Source of the DNA: Candidatus Jorgensenbacteria bacterium
GTDB taxonomy: Bacteria > Patescibacteriota > Minisyncoccia > UBA6257 > GWB1-50-10
NCBI GenBank assembly: GCA_011050075.1
Contig: DRGK01000003.1
Location: forward strand, 1-46,758
Direction: 5' to 3'
Length of the DNA stretch: 46,758 bases
Translations under genes and position numbers: made by a program
Notes under the pieces: model-generated
Seen by the model: the letters and a program-made list of their open reading frames with translations, nothing else
The model's database searches: none
What the model was told of the DNA's origin: nothing
In this document: positions 1 to 9,047 of the stretch, in pieces
How the letters are laid out: each line of letters opens with the position of its first letter
How positions within the stretch are numbered: position 1 is the first letter of the stretch

Positions 1-135
1 AAGCGGCATATGAAAAAAAGATGCGTGATTTGAATCTTGGAAGTCGTGAAGTGTTAAGCTCGTTGAAAAATAAGTTTGACGCGTTGAAAAAGGAAGCCTT
101 TTATAAAGAAAACCATAATGAGCGTGCTATTGAGA
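1..135. repeat. Exact 135-bp direct copy of 552-686
   Basis: 1-135 is identical to 552-686 (offset 551); the identity stops after ...gctattgaga. Confidence 0.95.
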
Positions 136-136
136 T

Positions 137-1573
137 GCCGTAGAGTACAAGGACCAAAAGAATTTTTTTGAACAGTATAAAGAACTTCAGCATAATGTTC
201 CCCGACATAATTTGTATGTTGATGGCACAAGCGTCAACTGTGATTATACGAACGGCGCGAGACGGTCGAAGAATTGTTATTTTGTGTTTGGCGCATGGCA
301 GGCAGAAGACAGCGCGTATAGTATTGAACTTAGATATTCACGAAATTGTTACGATTGTTTCACGCTTGATAATTCGGATACCTGCTACGACTGTTTTGAA
401 AGTTCTGATCTGTACCACTGTTTCTTTGTTGAGTACTCAAAACATTGCCTGAATTCTTATCTCCTTTTTGACTGCAGGAACTGTGACCATTGTTTTGGAT
501 GTACCAATTTGAGAAATAAAAAGTACTATTTTTTCAATAAACCACTTACAAAAGCGGCATATGAAAAAAAGATGCGTGATTTGAATCTTGGAAGTCGTGA
601 AGTGTTAAGCTCGTTGAAAAATAAGTTTGACGCGTTGAAAAAGGAAGCCTTTTATAAAGAAAACCATAATGAGCGTGCTATTGAGAGCTACGGCGAGTAT
701 CTAAAGGGCACTAAGCATTGCTATGCTTGTTTTTATAGTATTGAAGGACAGAATCTTTCGTACTGTACGGGTGGTATAAAAACCAGAGATTCATATGATC
801 TCGTTGGCGGCGCTGGTTCAGAGTCCTGTTATGATTCGTATGGTAGTATTCAGAGTCAGGGGATTAAGTTCTCTCAGACAGTTGATGCTTGTCGTGACAT
901 GGAGTACTGCGACCTCTGTACCAATTGTCATGATTGTTTTGGCTGCATTGGTTTGCGGAATAAATCATTTTGTATTTTCAATAAACAGTATTCTGAAGAA
1001 GAATACTGGAAGATAATTGACAATATTAAAACAAAGATGCTTCGGGATGGAATATATGGCGAGTTTTTTCCTCCTTCTCTTTCTCCTTTTCCATACAATA
1101 TTTCTATAGCCACATCTTATAGTGGATATGATGATATAGATGTGGCAGAACGGTATGGGTATAGAATTGAGAACATAGAACAGGATTTAACTGAAGTTGA
1201 GGGTGAAGTAATTGACGCTCAGTCTTTACCGGATGATATTCGTGATGTTAGTGACGATATTTTAGGCATACATATTTTTGACCGTGCGCATGACAGGAAA
1301 TTCCTGATCATAAAGAAAGAACTGGAGTTCTATCGGAGATACCATATTCCTTTACCTTACCATCATCCGAGTGAGCGTCTTACTGAGAAACGTAAAAAAA
1401 TCGGTCCTCTTCTTTTTGAGTTGCATGAACGGTCTTGCGCGAAGTGCAATAAGGCAATACAAACACCATATCCGCCTCGACTCGCCGTAGACGAAGTCGA
1501 AGGCGAGGCTGGTGCCGCTGACGGTCCGAAAAATGTGTATTGCGAAGCGTGTTATCAGGCAGAAGTGGTATGA
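137..1573 (+). CDS. Cysteine-rich repeat / Zn-ribbon protein, paralogue 1 (5' end missing)
   Basis: Frame is open from 137 (AVEYKDQKNFFEQYKELQ, matching FFEQF in the other paralogues). Has CxxCxxC/CFGCxxL repeats, YGEFFP and a C-terminal CxxC...CxxC-YQAEVV. N-terminus is replaced by the 1-135 duplicate. Confidence 0.8.
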   Translation, partial: AVEYKDQKNFFEQYKELQHNVPRHNLYVDGTSVNCDYTNGARRSKNCYFVFGAWQAEDSAYSIELRYSRNCYDCFTLDNSDTCYDCFESSDLYHCFFVEYSKHCLNSYLLFDCRNCDHCFGCTNLRNKKYYFFNKPLTKAAYEKKMRDLNLGSREVLSSLKNKFDALKKEAFYKENHNERAIESYGEYLKGTKHCYACFYSIEGQNLSYCTGGIKTRDSYDLVGGAGSESCYDSYGSIQSQGIKFSQTVDACRDMEYCDLCTNCHDCFGCIGLRNKSFCIFNKQYSEEEYWKIIDNIKTKMLRDGIYGEFFPPSLSPFPYNISIATSYSGYDDIDVAERYGYRIENIEQDLTEVEGEVIDAQSLPDDIRDVSDDILGIHIFDRAHDRKFLIIKKELEFYRRYHIPLPYHHPSERLTEKRKKIGPLLFELHERSCAKCNKAIQTPYPPRLAVDEVEGEAGAADGPKNVYCEACYQAEVV

Positions 1574-3315
1574 ACGGGAAAACTCCCCAATTTGATAGAG
1601 CACTTGATGAGTATTTGTCCGGCCTAGAATTGGATGAAAAAGGAGGGCAGTGGCGAACGTGCAGATTTTCTAAAGAAAAGTTTTACGTTCGACCTGAAGA
1701 TATCAATTTCTATAAGAAGGTTTGTGTGCCCCTCCCGACGCTCAAACCGAATGAACGTCGCCGGAGGCGAGTAGCTTCACAGAATAGCTACAATCTGTTC
1801 AAGAACACTTCGGCATTTTCGGGAAAACGAATTATTACGGTGTATCAGCCGGGAAGTCCGTACAAAGTTTACGAACATGAGATTTGGCGTTCGGATGAGT
1901 GGGATCCGATGGACTACGGCAGTGAATACACTACCTCTAGCTCGTTCTTCGAGCAGTTTCATAAGCTGCAACTCGAAGTACCCCGCACGAGCTTAATCGG
2001 AGATCCATCGAACGTGGATAGTGAGTACACCAATGTCTCAAAGAATCTCAAGAACTGCTATATTGTCTTTGATCAGAATGGTGGCGAAGACCTCTACTAC
2101 CACCAGTGCTGTGCGGATGATAAGAACTGTCTCAACTGCTGGGCACTTGATTACTCGGACACCTGCTACGAGTGCAAGCTGAGCAAGCGCCTCTACAAGT
2201 GTTTCTTCTGTGAACAGTGCAGAAACTGTATGGAGGATTACTTTCTTTGGGACTGCCGGAACTGCGAATACTGCTTTATGTCTTCAAACCTGCGCAACAA
2301 GAAATACTATTTCCGGAACGAGTATGTTGGTAAAGAAAAGTATGAAAAGCGGATGAAAGATATTTACCTAGGGGATTACACAAAATTACAACTACTCATC
2401 CGTGAATTTGAAGAATTGAAGACGAAAGCGCCGAGGAAACCATTCTGGAATGAGAAAGTTGAGAATGTGTACGGTGATTTTATCTATAATTCAAAGAACG
2501 TTTATATGGGACTCTACGTTGAAAATAGTGAGAATATAGCGTACGCGGAAGGTGGTGATGATTCTGCTGATTGTTACGATATAAATGGCGGCACAGGGAA
2601 CGAGCTCTGCTACGAATTCTCAAACATATGGACCGGAAATAGCTATAACTGCAAATTCTCTTTAAACATTGAAAATTGTAGTGATGTTGAGTACTCAGAT
2701 TTTTGCAGGGACTGTGAGCACTGCTTTGGCTGCGTCGGGCTCAAGAACAAAGAATTTTGTATTTTCAATAAGCAGTATTCAGAGGAAGAGTACTGGAACA
2801 AGGTAGATGAGGTAAAAACGAAGATGTTAGCTGATGGTGAGTATGGAGAGTTTTTCCCACCGGAGTATGCCGTATTTCCGTATCGACTGACCGTCGCAAC
2901 TTCATTTCTCGGTTTTAGAGACTATGGAACAGCTGCAAAGTATGGATACGATACTGCTCTGGTAGAGGAGTCAGTGGAAGAAACTGGTGGTGAGAAAGTA
3001 AACGTGAGTGAATTACCATCAGACATTAGAGACGTAAAAGATGATATCCTTGAAAAGGTTATCTTTGATGAAAAAAATAGTAAGAGCTTCCGTATCATTA
3101 AACCGGAACTGGAGTTTTGTCGAAGGTACGGCTTACCGCTCTCGCGGGAACATCCGAGCATCCGCATGCAGAAATGGCGGGAAGGATTTGAAATAAATCT
3201 CATGTTCTATAAACGAACCTGTGATAGGTGTAATAAAGATATTGAGACCTCATACGCGCCAGAGCGAAAAGAGACCGTGTACTGCGAACAGTGCTATCAA
3301 GCAGAAGTTGTCTAA
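1570..3315 (+). CDS. Cysteine-rich repeat / Zn-ribbon protein, paralogue 2
   Basis: ATG 1570 overlaps the upstream stop (ATGA). Same motifs (WxSDxW, CFGCVGL, YGEFFP) and a C-terminal CxxC-x17-CxxC. Confidence 0.85.
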   Translation: MNGKTPQFDRALDEYLSGLELDEKGGQWRTCRFSKEKFYVRPEDINFYKKVCVPLPTLKPNERRRRRVASQNSYNLFKNTSAFSGKRIITVYQPGSPYKVYEHEIWRSDEWDPMDYGSEYTTSSSFFEQFHKLQLEVPRTSLIGDPSNVDSEYTNVSKNLKNCYIVFDQNGGEDLYYHQCCADDKNCLNCWALDYSDTCYECKLSKRLYKCFFCEQCRNCMEDYFLWDCRNCEYCFMSSNLRNKKYYFRNEYVGKEKYEKRMKDIYLGDYTKLQLLIREFEELKTKAPRKPFWNEKVENVYGDFIYNSKNVYMGLYVENSENIAYAEGGDDSADCYDINGGTGNELCYEFSNIWTGNSYNCKFSLNIENCSDVEYSDFCRDCEHCFGCVGLKNKEFCIFNKQYSEEEYWNKVDEVKTKMLADGEYGEFFPPEYAVFPYRLTVATSFLGFRDYGTAAKYGYDTALVEESVEETGGEKVNVSELPSDIRDVKDDILEKVIFDEKNSKSFRIIKPELEFCRRYGLPLSREHPSIRMQKWREGFEINLMFYKRTCDRCNKDIETSYAPERKETVYCEQCYQAEVV

Positions 3316-3323
3316 CTAAGCAC

Positions 3324-3341
3324 GCTATGACGCGTCATAGC
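3324..3341. repeat. 18-bp perfect palindrome gctatgacgcgtcatagc
   Basis: Self-reverse-complementary and intergenic. Confidence 0.85.
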
Positions 3342-3352
3342 ACTTCACTACA

Positions 3353-5080
3353 ATGACTAACGAAAAAAAGATCACTTCGACAAACTCAGTGCAAGCCTGC
3401 CAAAACTGCAAGCGTGAGTTCATAATTGAGCCGGATGACTTTGATTTCTATAGAAAGATTAAAGTACCGCCGCCGACGTTCTGTCCACAGTGTCGTTTGC
3501 AGAGGCGGCTTGCGTTCTTTAATATTTTTAGTTTGTACAAGCGCCCGTGCGATTTCTGTAAAAAGGAGTTTATTTCAACTTTCAAAGCTGGTGCTCCGTA
3601 CGTCGTTTACTGTCCTAAATGTTGGTGGTCGGACGATTGGGATGTTTTTGAGTACGGACGTGACTATGATTTTTCAAGGCCGTTCTTTGAACAGTTCAAA
3701 GAACTGTGGCAAGCGACTCCTGTACTTGGTATTTCGCTCGACATTCCGGCAATGCAAACGTCTCCGTACTCGAGCCACGCCGGTCACCTCAAGAACTGCT
3801 ACCTCCTCTTCCATGCCGATTACATGGAAGACTCTGCCTACGGCTTCTATTTGAACAGCTGCAAGTCGGTATTTGATTCATCGCTCATTATTTCATCTGA
3901 GCGATGCTACGACATGATGCACTCGTGGCGCAACAACGGGTGTATCGGAGGACGGAGCCAAGTTACCGAATCTATCAACTGCGCGTTCCTCAAGGACTCT
4001 ATGAACTGCCAGAACTGCTTCGCTTCTGCGAACCTGCGGAACAAAAAGTATCACATATTCAATAAACCCTATTCTAAGGAAGCGTATGAGGAAAAGATGA
4101 AGCAGTGGGACCTCGGGAGCTACCGCACGTACCAAGAGGTACAGCGGAGAGCGGAAGAGCACTGGGCGACGCTCCCGCCGAAGCCGACTAAAGATGAGTT
4201 CGCCACGAATTGTACGGGGACCCATGTGTTTCAGTCCAAGAACTGCAAAGAATGCTTCGAGACTATCGGTGCTGAAGATTCAAAATATTTGCTTATGGTT
4301 CAGAATCCGCCGATCAGGGACTCATACGACATCTCGAGCTGGGGAAACAACATGTCGCGTTGCTACGAGTGCTGCAACGTGGGAGAAGATGTTTCGGACG
4401 TCAGATTCTGCAACGAATCCGGTCTCGGGCTCATGGACGCGGACTATTGCAAGCTCTCCACGGGCGCTCACCACTTCGGGTGCGTGTCAGTGAAAAAGGG
4501 CGACTATGTAATCATGAACAAGCGGTACCCGAAGGACGAGTACGAGAAGCTGCGGGAGCAGATCATCGCGCACATGAACGAAATGTCGTATGCCGACAAG
4601 AGCGGACGCGTGTATCGGTACGGAGAGTTCTTTCCGACAGAGCTTTCGCCGTTTGCGTACAATGAAACGATCGCGTCCAACTTTTTCCCGCTCTCGCGTG
4701 ATGCAGCAGAGGCGGCGGGGTACCGGTATGCTGAGTCGGAAGAGCGCAGCTACACAATTACGAAACAGGTGAGCGAACTTCCCGACCACATCGGGGACGT
4801 CGAGGACAATATTCTCAAGGAAACCATTGCGTGCGAAGCGTGCGGGAAAGGGTACCGCATTGCTGGAATGGAGCTGTCGTTCCTGCGAAGCATGAATGTG
4901 CCGCTTCCGCGCGAGTGCCCGTTCTGCCGTATCAATGAAAAATTTGAGCAGTGGGTGAAGAATTTGCGTGTGTTCCAGCGAACGTGCTCTAAATGCGGGA
5001 CCGAGTTTGAGACTAATTATCCGAAAGAGGAAGTGAAGCATATATTGTGCAAAAAATGTTATCAATCAGAAGTTTTGTGA
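3353..5080 (+). CDS. Cysteine-rich repeat / Zn-ribbon protein, paralogue 3
   Basis: N-terminal CQNC...CPQC and CDFC...CPKC ribbons, WWSDDW, YGEFFP, CEAC...CPFC and a C-terminal CxxC-x17-CxxC. Confidence 0.85.
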   Translation: MTNEKKITSTNSVQACQNCKREFIIEPDDFDFYRKIKVPPPTFCPQCRLQRRLAFFNIFSLYKRPCDFCKKEFISTFKAGAPYVVYCPKCWWSDDWDVFEYGRDYDFSRPFFEQFKELWQATPVLGISLDIPAMQTSPYSSHAGHLKNCYLLFHADYMEDSAYGFYLNSCKSVFDSSLIISSERCYDMMHSWRNNGCIGGRSQVTESINCAFLKDSMNCQNCFASANLRNKKYHIFNKPYSKEAYEEKMKQWDLGSYRTYQEVQRRAEEHWATLPPKPTKDEFATNCTGTHVFQSKNCKECFETIGAEDSKYLLMVQNPPIRDSYDISSWGNNMSRCYECCNVGEDVSDVRFCNESGLGLMDADYCKLSTGAHHFGCVSVKKGDYVIMNKRYPKDEYEKLREQIIAHMNEMSYADKSGRVYRYGEFFPTELSPFAYNETIASNFFPLSRDAAEAAGYRYAESEERSYTITKQVSELPDHIGDVEDNILKETIACEACGKGYRIAGMELSFLRSMNVPLPRECPFCRINEKFEQWVKNLRVFQRTCSKCGTEFETNYPKEEVKHILCKKCYQSEVL

Positions 5081-5101
5081 GCAGATTGATGAGTATAATG
5101 G

Positions 5102-5110
5102 TGTTATAAT
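5102..5110 (+). promoter_or_regulatory. Extended -10 (TGtTATAAT) for pepA
   Basis: TG-n-TATAAT 32 nt upstream of ATG 5143. Confidence 0.55.
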
Positions 5111-5142
5111 GCAGAAGTAGCATAATCAGGTAGCGAGAATGT

Positions 5143-6606
5143 ATGAAAATTGTTTGTACTAAAAAACTTTTGAAAAGTGTGACACCGGTTTTTATACTGA
5201 GAGAAAAAGAAAAACCAGAGAAGCATCTATTTTTTCAGCAGTTGTCCAAGAGTGATCAAGAGCAACTTCACTTATTTGGTAAGCATACCCACTTGGAAGG
5301 TATCTACACGCACACAGTTTTCCTCTTGAGTGGCAGGCGAGCGCTTGTAATGGGGATAGGTAAGGAATATAACCACCGAAAGGCAATTCGTACGATGCGC
5401 CGTATTATTTCAGTTGCCCGGAAAGAGAGAATGAGCAGTCTTGTAGTTAACCTTGGAGACTTTCGAGCAGGAAAGAAAGTTGATGTAAACACGCTTGCTG
5501 AGATACTGGCAACACAGCTTGAACTCGCTAATTTTGAGTTTGTTATGTATAAAACGAAGCCGAAAGAAGGATGGTTTTTTGTAAAAGAGGTTCATGTTTT
5601 TACTCCTCATGTACGGAATGTACAAGCGAATTTGAATACGGGGAAGATTATTGGCGAAGAAATCAATGATGCGCGGGCACTTTCTAATACGCCGGGAGGT
5701 GATATGACACCGCAGAAACTTGCCGAAGCGGCACAAGGTATAGGTCACAGAACCGGATGTAAGGTGCGCATATTGACCGAGTCGGCAATTAAAAAACTCA
5801 AAATGGGAGGTATATTGGGGGTTTCCAGAGGTTCGTCAGAACAACCACGATTTATTGTAATGGAGTACCTGAAGGGGAAAAAGAGTGAGAAACCAATAGT
5901 GCTCGTTGGAAAAGGGGTAACGTTTGATACCGGAGGCCTGAATCTTAAACAGGGTAACGGAATTTATGAAATGCATATGGATATGTCCGGAGGCGCGGCG
6001 GTAATCCATACACTCGCCGCACTTGTACGGTTGAAGGTAAAGAAAAATATTATTTGCCTGATTCCTGCGGTTGAGAATATGCCTTCCGGCTCAAGTTACC
6101 ATCCCGGTGATCTTTTGAAGACGATGTCGGGAAAAACCATTGAGGTGCTAAACACCGATGCGGAGGGACGGGTGATACTGGCAGACGCTTTAACGTACGC
6201 AGAACGGTATGCACCGCGGCTCGTTATTGATGTGGCGACATTAACCGGCGCTGCAATGGTTGCGTTGGGACAGCGCGCGTCAGCATTATTTACAACAAAT
6301 ACAGTAGTAGAAAAAAAGTTGCGGCAAGCTGGAGAAGTCGTTGGAGACCTTCTTTGGCCGTTACCCCTTTGGGAAGAATATGAAGAAGAAGTGAAGGGTA
6401 CGTTTGGTGACGTGGCAAATATGGGAAAGACAAAATACGGTGGCGCAATTACCGGTGCAGTATTTCTCTGGCAGTTTGCGAAGCAATATCCATGGGTGCA
6501 TATAGATATTGCGCCGCGCATGACGACCATTGAAGGTGAGTACCTTGCAAAAGGCGCTGCGGGTGCATCAATAGGACTTCTTGTCTCGTTCGTGCGTGAT
6601 TTTTGA
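5143..6606 (+). CDS. pepA: Leucyl aminopeptidase (M17)
   Basis: VGKGVTFDTGGLNLK, DMSGGA, NTDAEGR, DVATLTGA and WVHIDIA motifs. Confidence 0.95.
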   Translation: MKIVCTKKLLKSVTPVFILREKEKPEKHLFFQQLSKSDQEQLHLFGKHTHLEGIYTHTVFLLSGRRALVMGIGKEYNHRKAIRTMRRIISVARKERMSSLVVNLGDFRAGKKVDVNTLAEILATQLELANFEFVMYKTKPKEGWFFVKEVHVFTPHVRNVQANLNTGKIIGEEINDARALSNTPGGDMTPQKLAEAAQGIGHRTGCKVRILTESAIKKLKMGGILGVSRGSSEQPRFIVMEYLKGKKSEKPIVLVGKGVTFDTGGLNLKQGNGIYEMHMDMSGGAAVIHTLAALVRLKVKKNIICLIPAVENMPSGSSYHPGDLLKTMSGKTIEVLNTDAEGRVILADALTYAERYAPRLVIDVATLTGAAMVALGQRASALFTTNTVVEKKLRQAGEVVGDLLWPLPLWEEYEEEVKGTFGDVANMGKTKYGGAITGAVFLWQFAKQYPWVHIDIAPRMTTIEGEYLAKGAAGASIGLLVSFVRDF

Positions 6607-6639
6607 ACAGGACTTAGTAATGAACTACAATTACCAGTA

Positions 6640-8442
6640 ATGATTGACATAAAACCAAGTAAAGACGTTATCTATTTCGGAAAAACCGACTTCCGTGGAA
6701 CAAACCGGCTATTTGGCATTAAGCGTGCCGACCGACGCCAGCATATGTATGTGATCGGAAAGACCGGCACGGGCAAAACTACATTCCTGCATAATATGGC
6801 GGTGCAGGACATTGTGAACGGTGAGGGCATCTGTGTGGTAGATCCGCACGGTGAGTTTGTTGAGAGTTTGCTTGAAAAGGTACCAAGAGAACGTATTGAG
6901 GACGTCGTGTATTTCAATCCAGCCGATCCGGATAATCACGTGGGTTTTAACATACTCGAAATTCCAGACCCTAAATATAAGCACCTCGTTGCATCCGGAT
7001 TAATGGGTATTTTCACCAAGATATGGGCAAATGTATGGTCAGCGCGGATGGAGTACATTATGAATAATGCGGTGCTTGCGTTACTTGATACGCCCGGTTC
7101 AACACTTTTGGGAGTGACACGGTTGTTGACTGACAAAGATTATCGGCAAAAAATTATTGCTAATCTGAAAGACCCGGTGGTCAAAGCATTCTGGGTTCAC
7201 GAATATGAACAGTGGCAGGACAGATTTAGAAATGAAGCAATTGCTCCTATTCAGAACAAGGTTGGCCAGTTTCTATCAACATCACTCATCAGAAACATTG
7301 TTGGTCAGTCAGAGAGCACGATTAGCATCTTTGATATCATGAATACGAGGAAGATATTCCTTATTAATGTATCAAAGGGAAGGATCGGCGAGGATAACTC
7401 TGCGCTTTTAGGAGCAATGCTCATTACCAAAATTCAACTTTCAGCGATGGAGCGCGTGCGCATTCCAGAGAGCGAGCGGAAGGATTTTTTCCTATACATT
7501 GACGAGTTTCAGAACTTTGCCACCGAGTCATTTGCAGGTATTCTTTCGGAGGCGCGCAAATACCGTCTTGACCTTATATTGACGCATCAATATATTGGTC
7601 AATTGGTTACCGATGTGTCCACAAAAGTGCGAGATGCTGTGTTTGGTAACGTGGGTACGTTGATTACGTTTCGTGTTGGTGCTGCTGATGCGGAGTTTCT
7701 TGAGAAAGAATTTGATCCTGAATTTACTATGCAGGATATCGTGAACCTGCCAAACTACCGTATTTATCTCAAGCTTATGGTGGAGGGAGTTACCAGCCGC
7801 CCCTTTTCTGCAATCACATTACCTTCACTTAGAGTACAAGAATCATTGTCTATGCGTGATGAAGTTATTAAAGAGTCCAATAAACGCTATGCGCGGCCTC
7901 GTGAGAAAGTAGAAAAGGAAATTAGCAACTGGAGTGGTATTATGGAGGATAGTGAAGATATTAAGGGGCAGTATGACGTTGTATGTGCATCGTGCAGCAA
8001 AGATACGACGGTGAACTTCAAACCGGATGAATCACGTCCGGTGTACTGTAGAGACTGTCTCGCAAAGATCAAATCAGGGGAAATGAAGCCGGTCATTACC
8101 TCTCGCGATTTTACCGGACACAAGCGCGCTGAGTACATGACTGACCTTTCAGCATTAGGGATTGAGTTTGAAGGTAAGAAACCAAAACCGAAGAAAAAAA
8201 CATATACTACAACACCGAAACCCTCTGTAGTAAAAGGAGGTATGTCGACATTCAGCATGCCAAAGAAAGAGATGTCTTTGAGTGAGCTTAAAGTTAAGAC
8301 ATCAGAAGAACAATCAGAAAAATCAAACAAAGAAAAGAAACACAGCAAAGGACCAAGCATTACCGGACTGCGCAGTGCGTTGCAAGATGCGCTCAATGAA
8401 ATGCAGCAGACGAATGACGAGGATACGTCAGTTCCTACATAG
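6640..8442 (+). CDS. TraD/VirD4/HerA-like P-loop ATPase with a C-terminal CxxC-x17-CxxC domain
   Basis: Walker A GKTGTGKT, VVDPHGE, Walker B YIDEFQNF, EARKY and HQ motifs; CASC-x17-CRDC; low-complexity K-rich tail. Confidence 0.85.
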   Translation: MIDIKPSKDVIYFGKTDFRGTNRLFGIKRADRRQHMYVIGKTGTGKTTFLHNMAVQDIVNGEGICVVDPHGEFVESLLEKVPRERIEDVVYFNPADPDNHVGFNILEIPDPKYKHLVASGLMGIFTKIWANVWSARMEYIMNNAVLALLDTPGSTLLGVTRLLTDKDYRQKIIANLKDPVVKAFWVHEYEQWQDRFRNEAIAPIQNKVGQFLSTSLIRNIVGQSESTISIFDIMNTRKIFLINVSKGRIGEDNSALLGAMLITKIQLSAMERVRIPESERKDFFLYIDEFQNFATESFAGILSEARKYRLDLILTHQYIGQLVTDVSTKVRDAVFGNVGTLITFRVGAADAEFLEKEFDPEFTMQDIVNLPNYRIYLKLMVEGVTSRPFSAITLPSLRVQESLSMRDEVIKESNKRYARPREKVEKEISNWSGIMEDSEDIKGQYDVVCASCSKDTTVNFKPDESRPVYCRDCLAKIKSGEMKPVITSRDFTGHKRAEYMTDLSALGIEFEGKKPKPKKKTYTTTPKPSVVKGGMSTFSMPKKEMSLSELKVKTSEEQSEKSNKEKKHSKGPSITGLRSALQDALNEMQQTNDEDTSVPT

Positions 8443-9010
8443 CACTCTTCTCAGTTCGTTCGGTATATGTTCCGTTTTGGGTATTGACCCGAATGGTGTC
8501 ACCTCGCTCGATAAAGAGGGGAGTATTCACCTTTAGGCCGGTTTCCGTAATAACAGGCTTTGTTCCTCCATCTGCGGTATTGCCCTTAATGTTTGGTGGA
8601 GCCTCTGTTACTTTAATGTCCACTTTAATAGGGAGCTCAATATTAATTATTTGCTCTTTGAATGTGAGAACCTGCACTTCAAGTTCGGGAATGAGATAAT
8701 AGCGGCTTTCACCGAGTATCGTTTCATTAAGCGAGAAACGATCACGGGGATTATCAGGATTACGAAACCAATATATGCCTTTGTTGTCGTATATAAAGAT
8801 TACCGGTGATTTTGTAATAATTGCCTCCTCAAATGAATCGTTTTGGTGCGCTGTCACATCTGAAAGCTTTCCGGATATTAGGTTTCTGGTCTTGAGTTGT
8901 ACAATTGGTTTACCGCGCTGTTTTTTTACATGACTATATTCAATGACGATATGCGGCTCACCATCTTTAATAAATTGAACACCAGGTTTTAAATCGTTGT
9001 AGTGTAACAT
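8435..9010 (-). CDS. efp: Elongation factor P
   Basis: DLKPG start, IELP..VDIKVTEAPPNIKGNTA..KPVITETGL..PLFI..GDTIRVNT..Y.ER. Likely start is ATG 9010. Confidence 0.92.
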   Translation of the reverse strand: MLHYNDLKPGVQFIKDGEPHIVIEYSHVKKQRGKPIVQLKTRNLISGKLSDVTAHQNDSFEEAIITKSPVIFIYDNKGIYWFRNPDNPRDRFSLNETILGESRYYLIPELEVQVLTFKEQIINIELPIKVDIKVTEAPPNIKGNTADGGTKPVITETGLKVNTPLFIERGDTIRVNTQNGTYTERTEKSAM

Positions 9011-9047
9011 TTGACTTCTCTTCAATACTAAAAAATAATACACCCGT

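Noticed and set aside
137-5080. Diversity-generating retroelement acting on the Cys-rich paralogues
   Set aside because: No reverse transcriptase in the window and no TR/VR pair with adenine-specific mismatches; the 1-135 repeat is exact.
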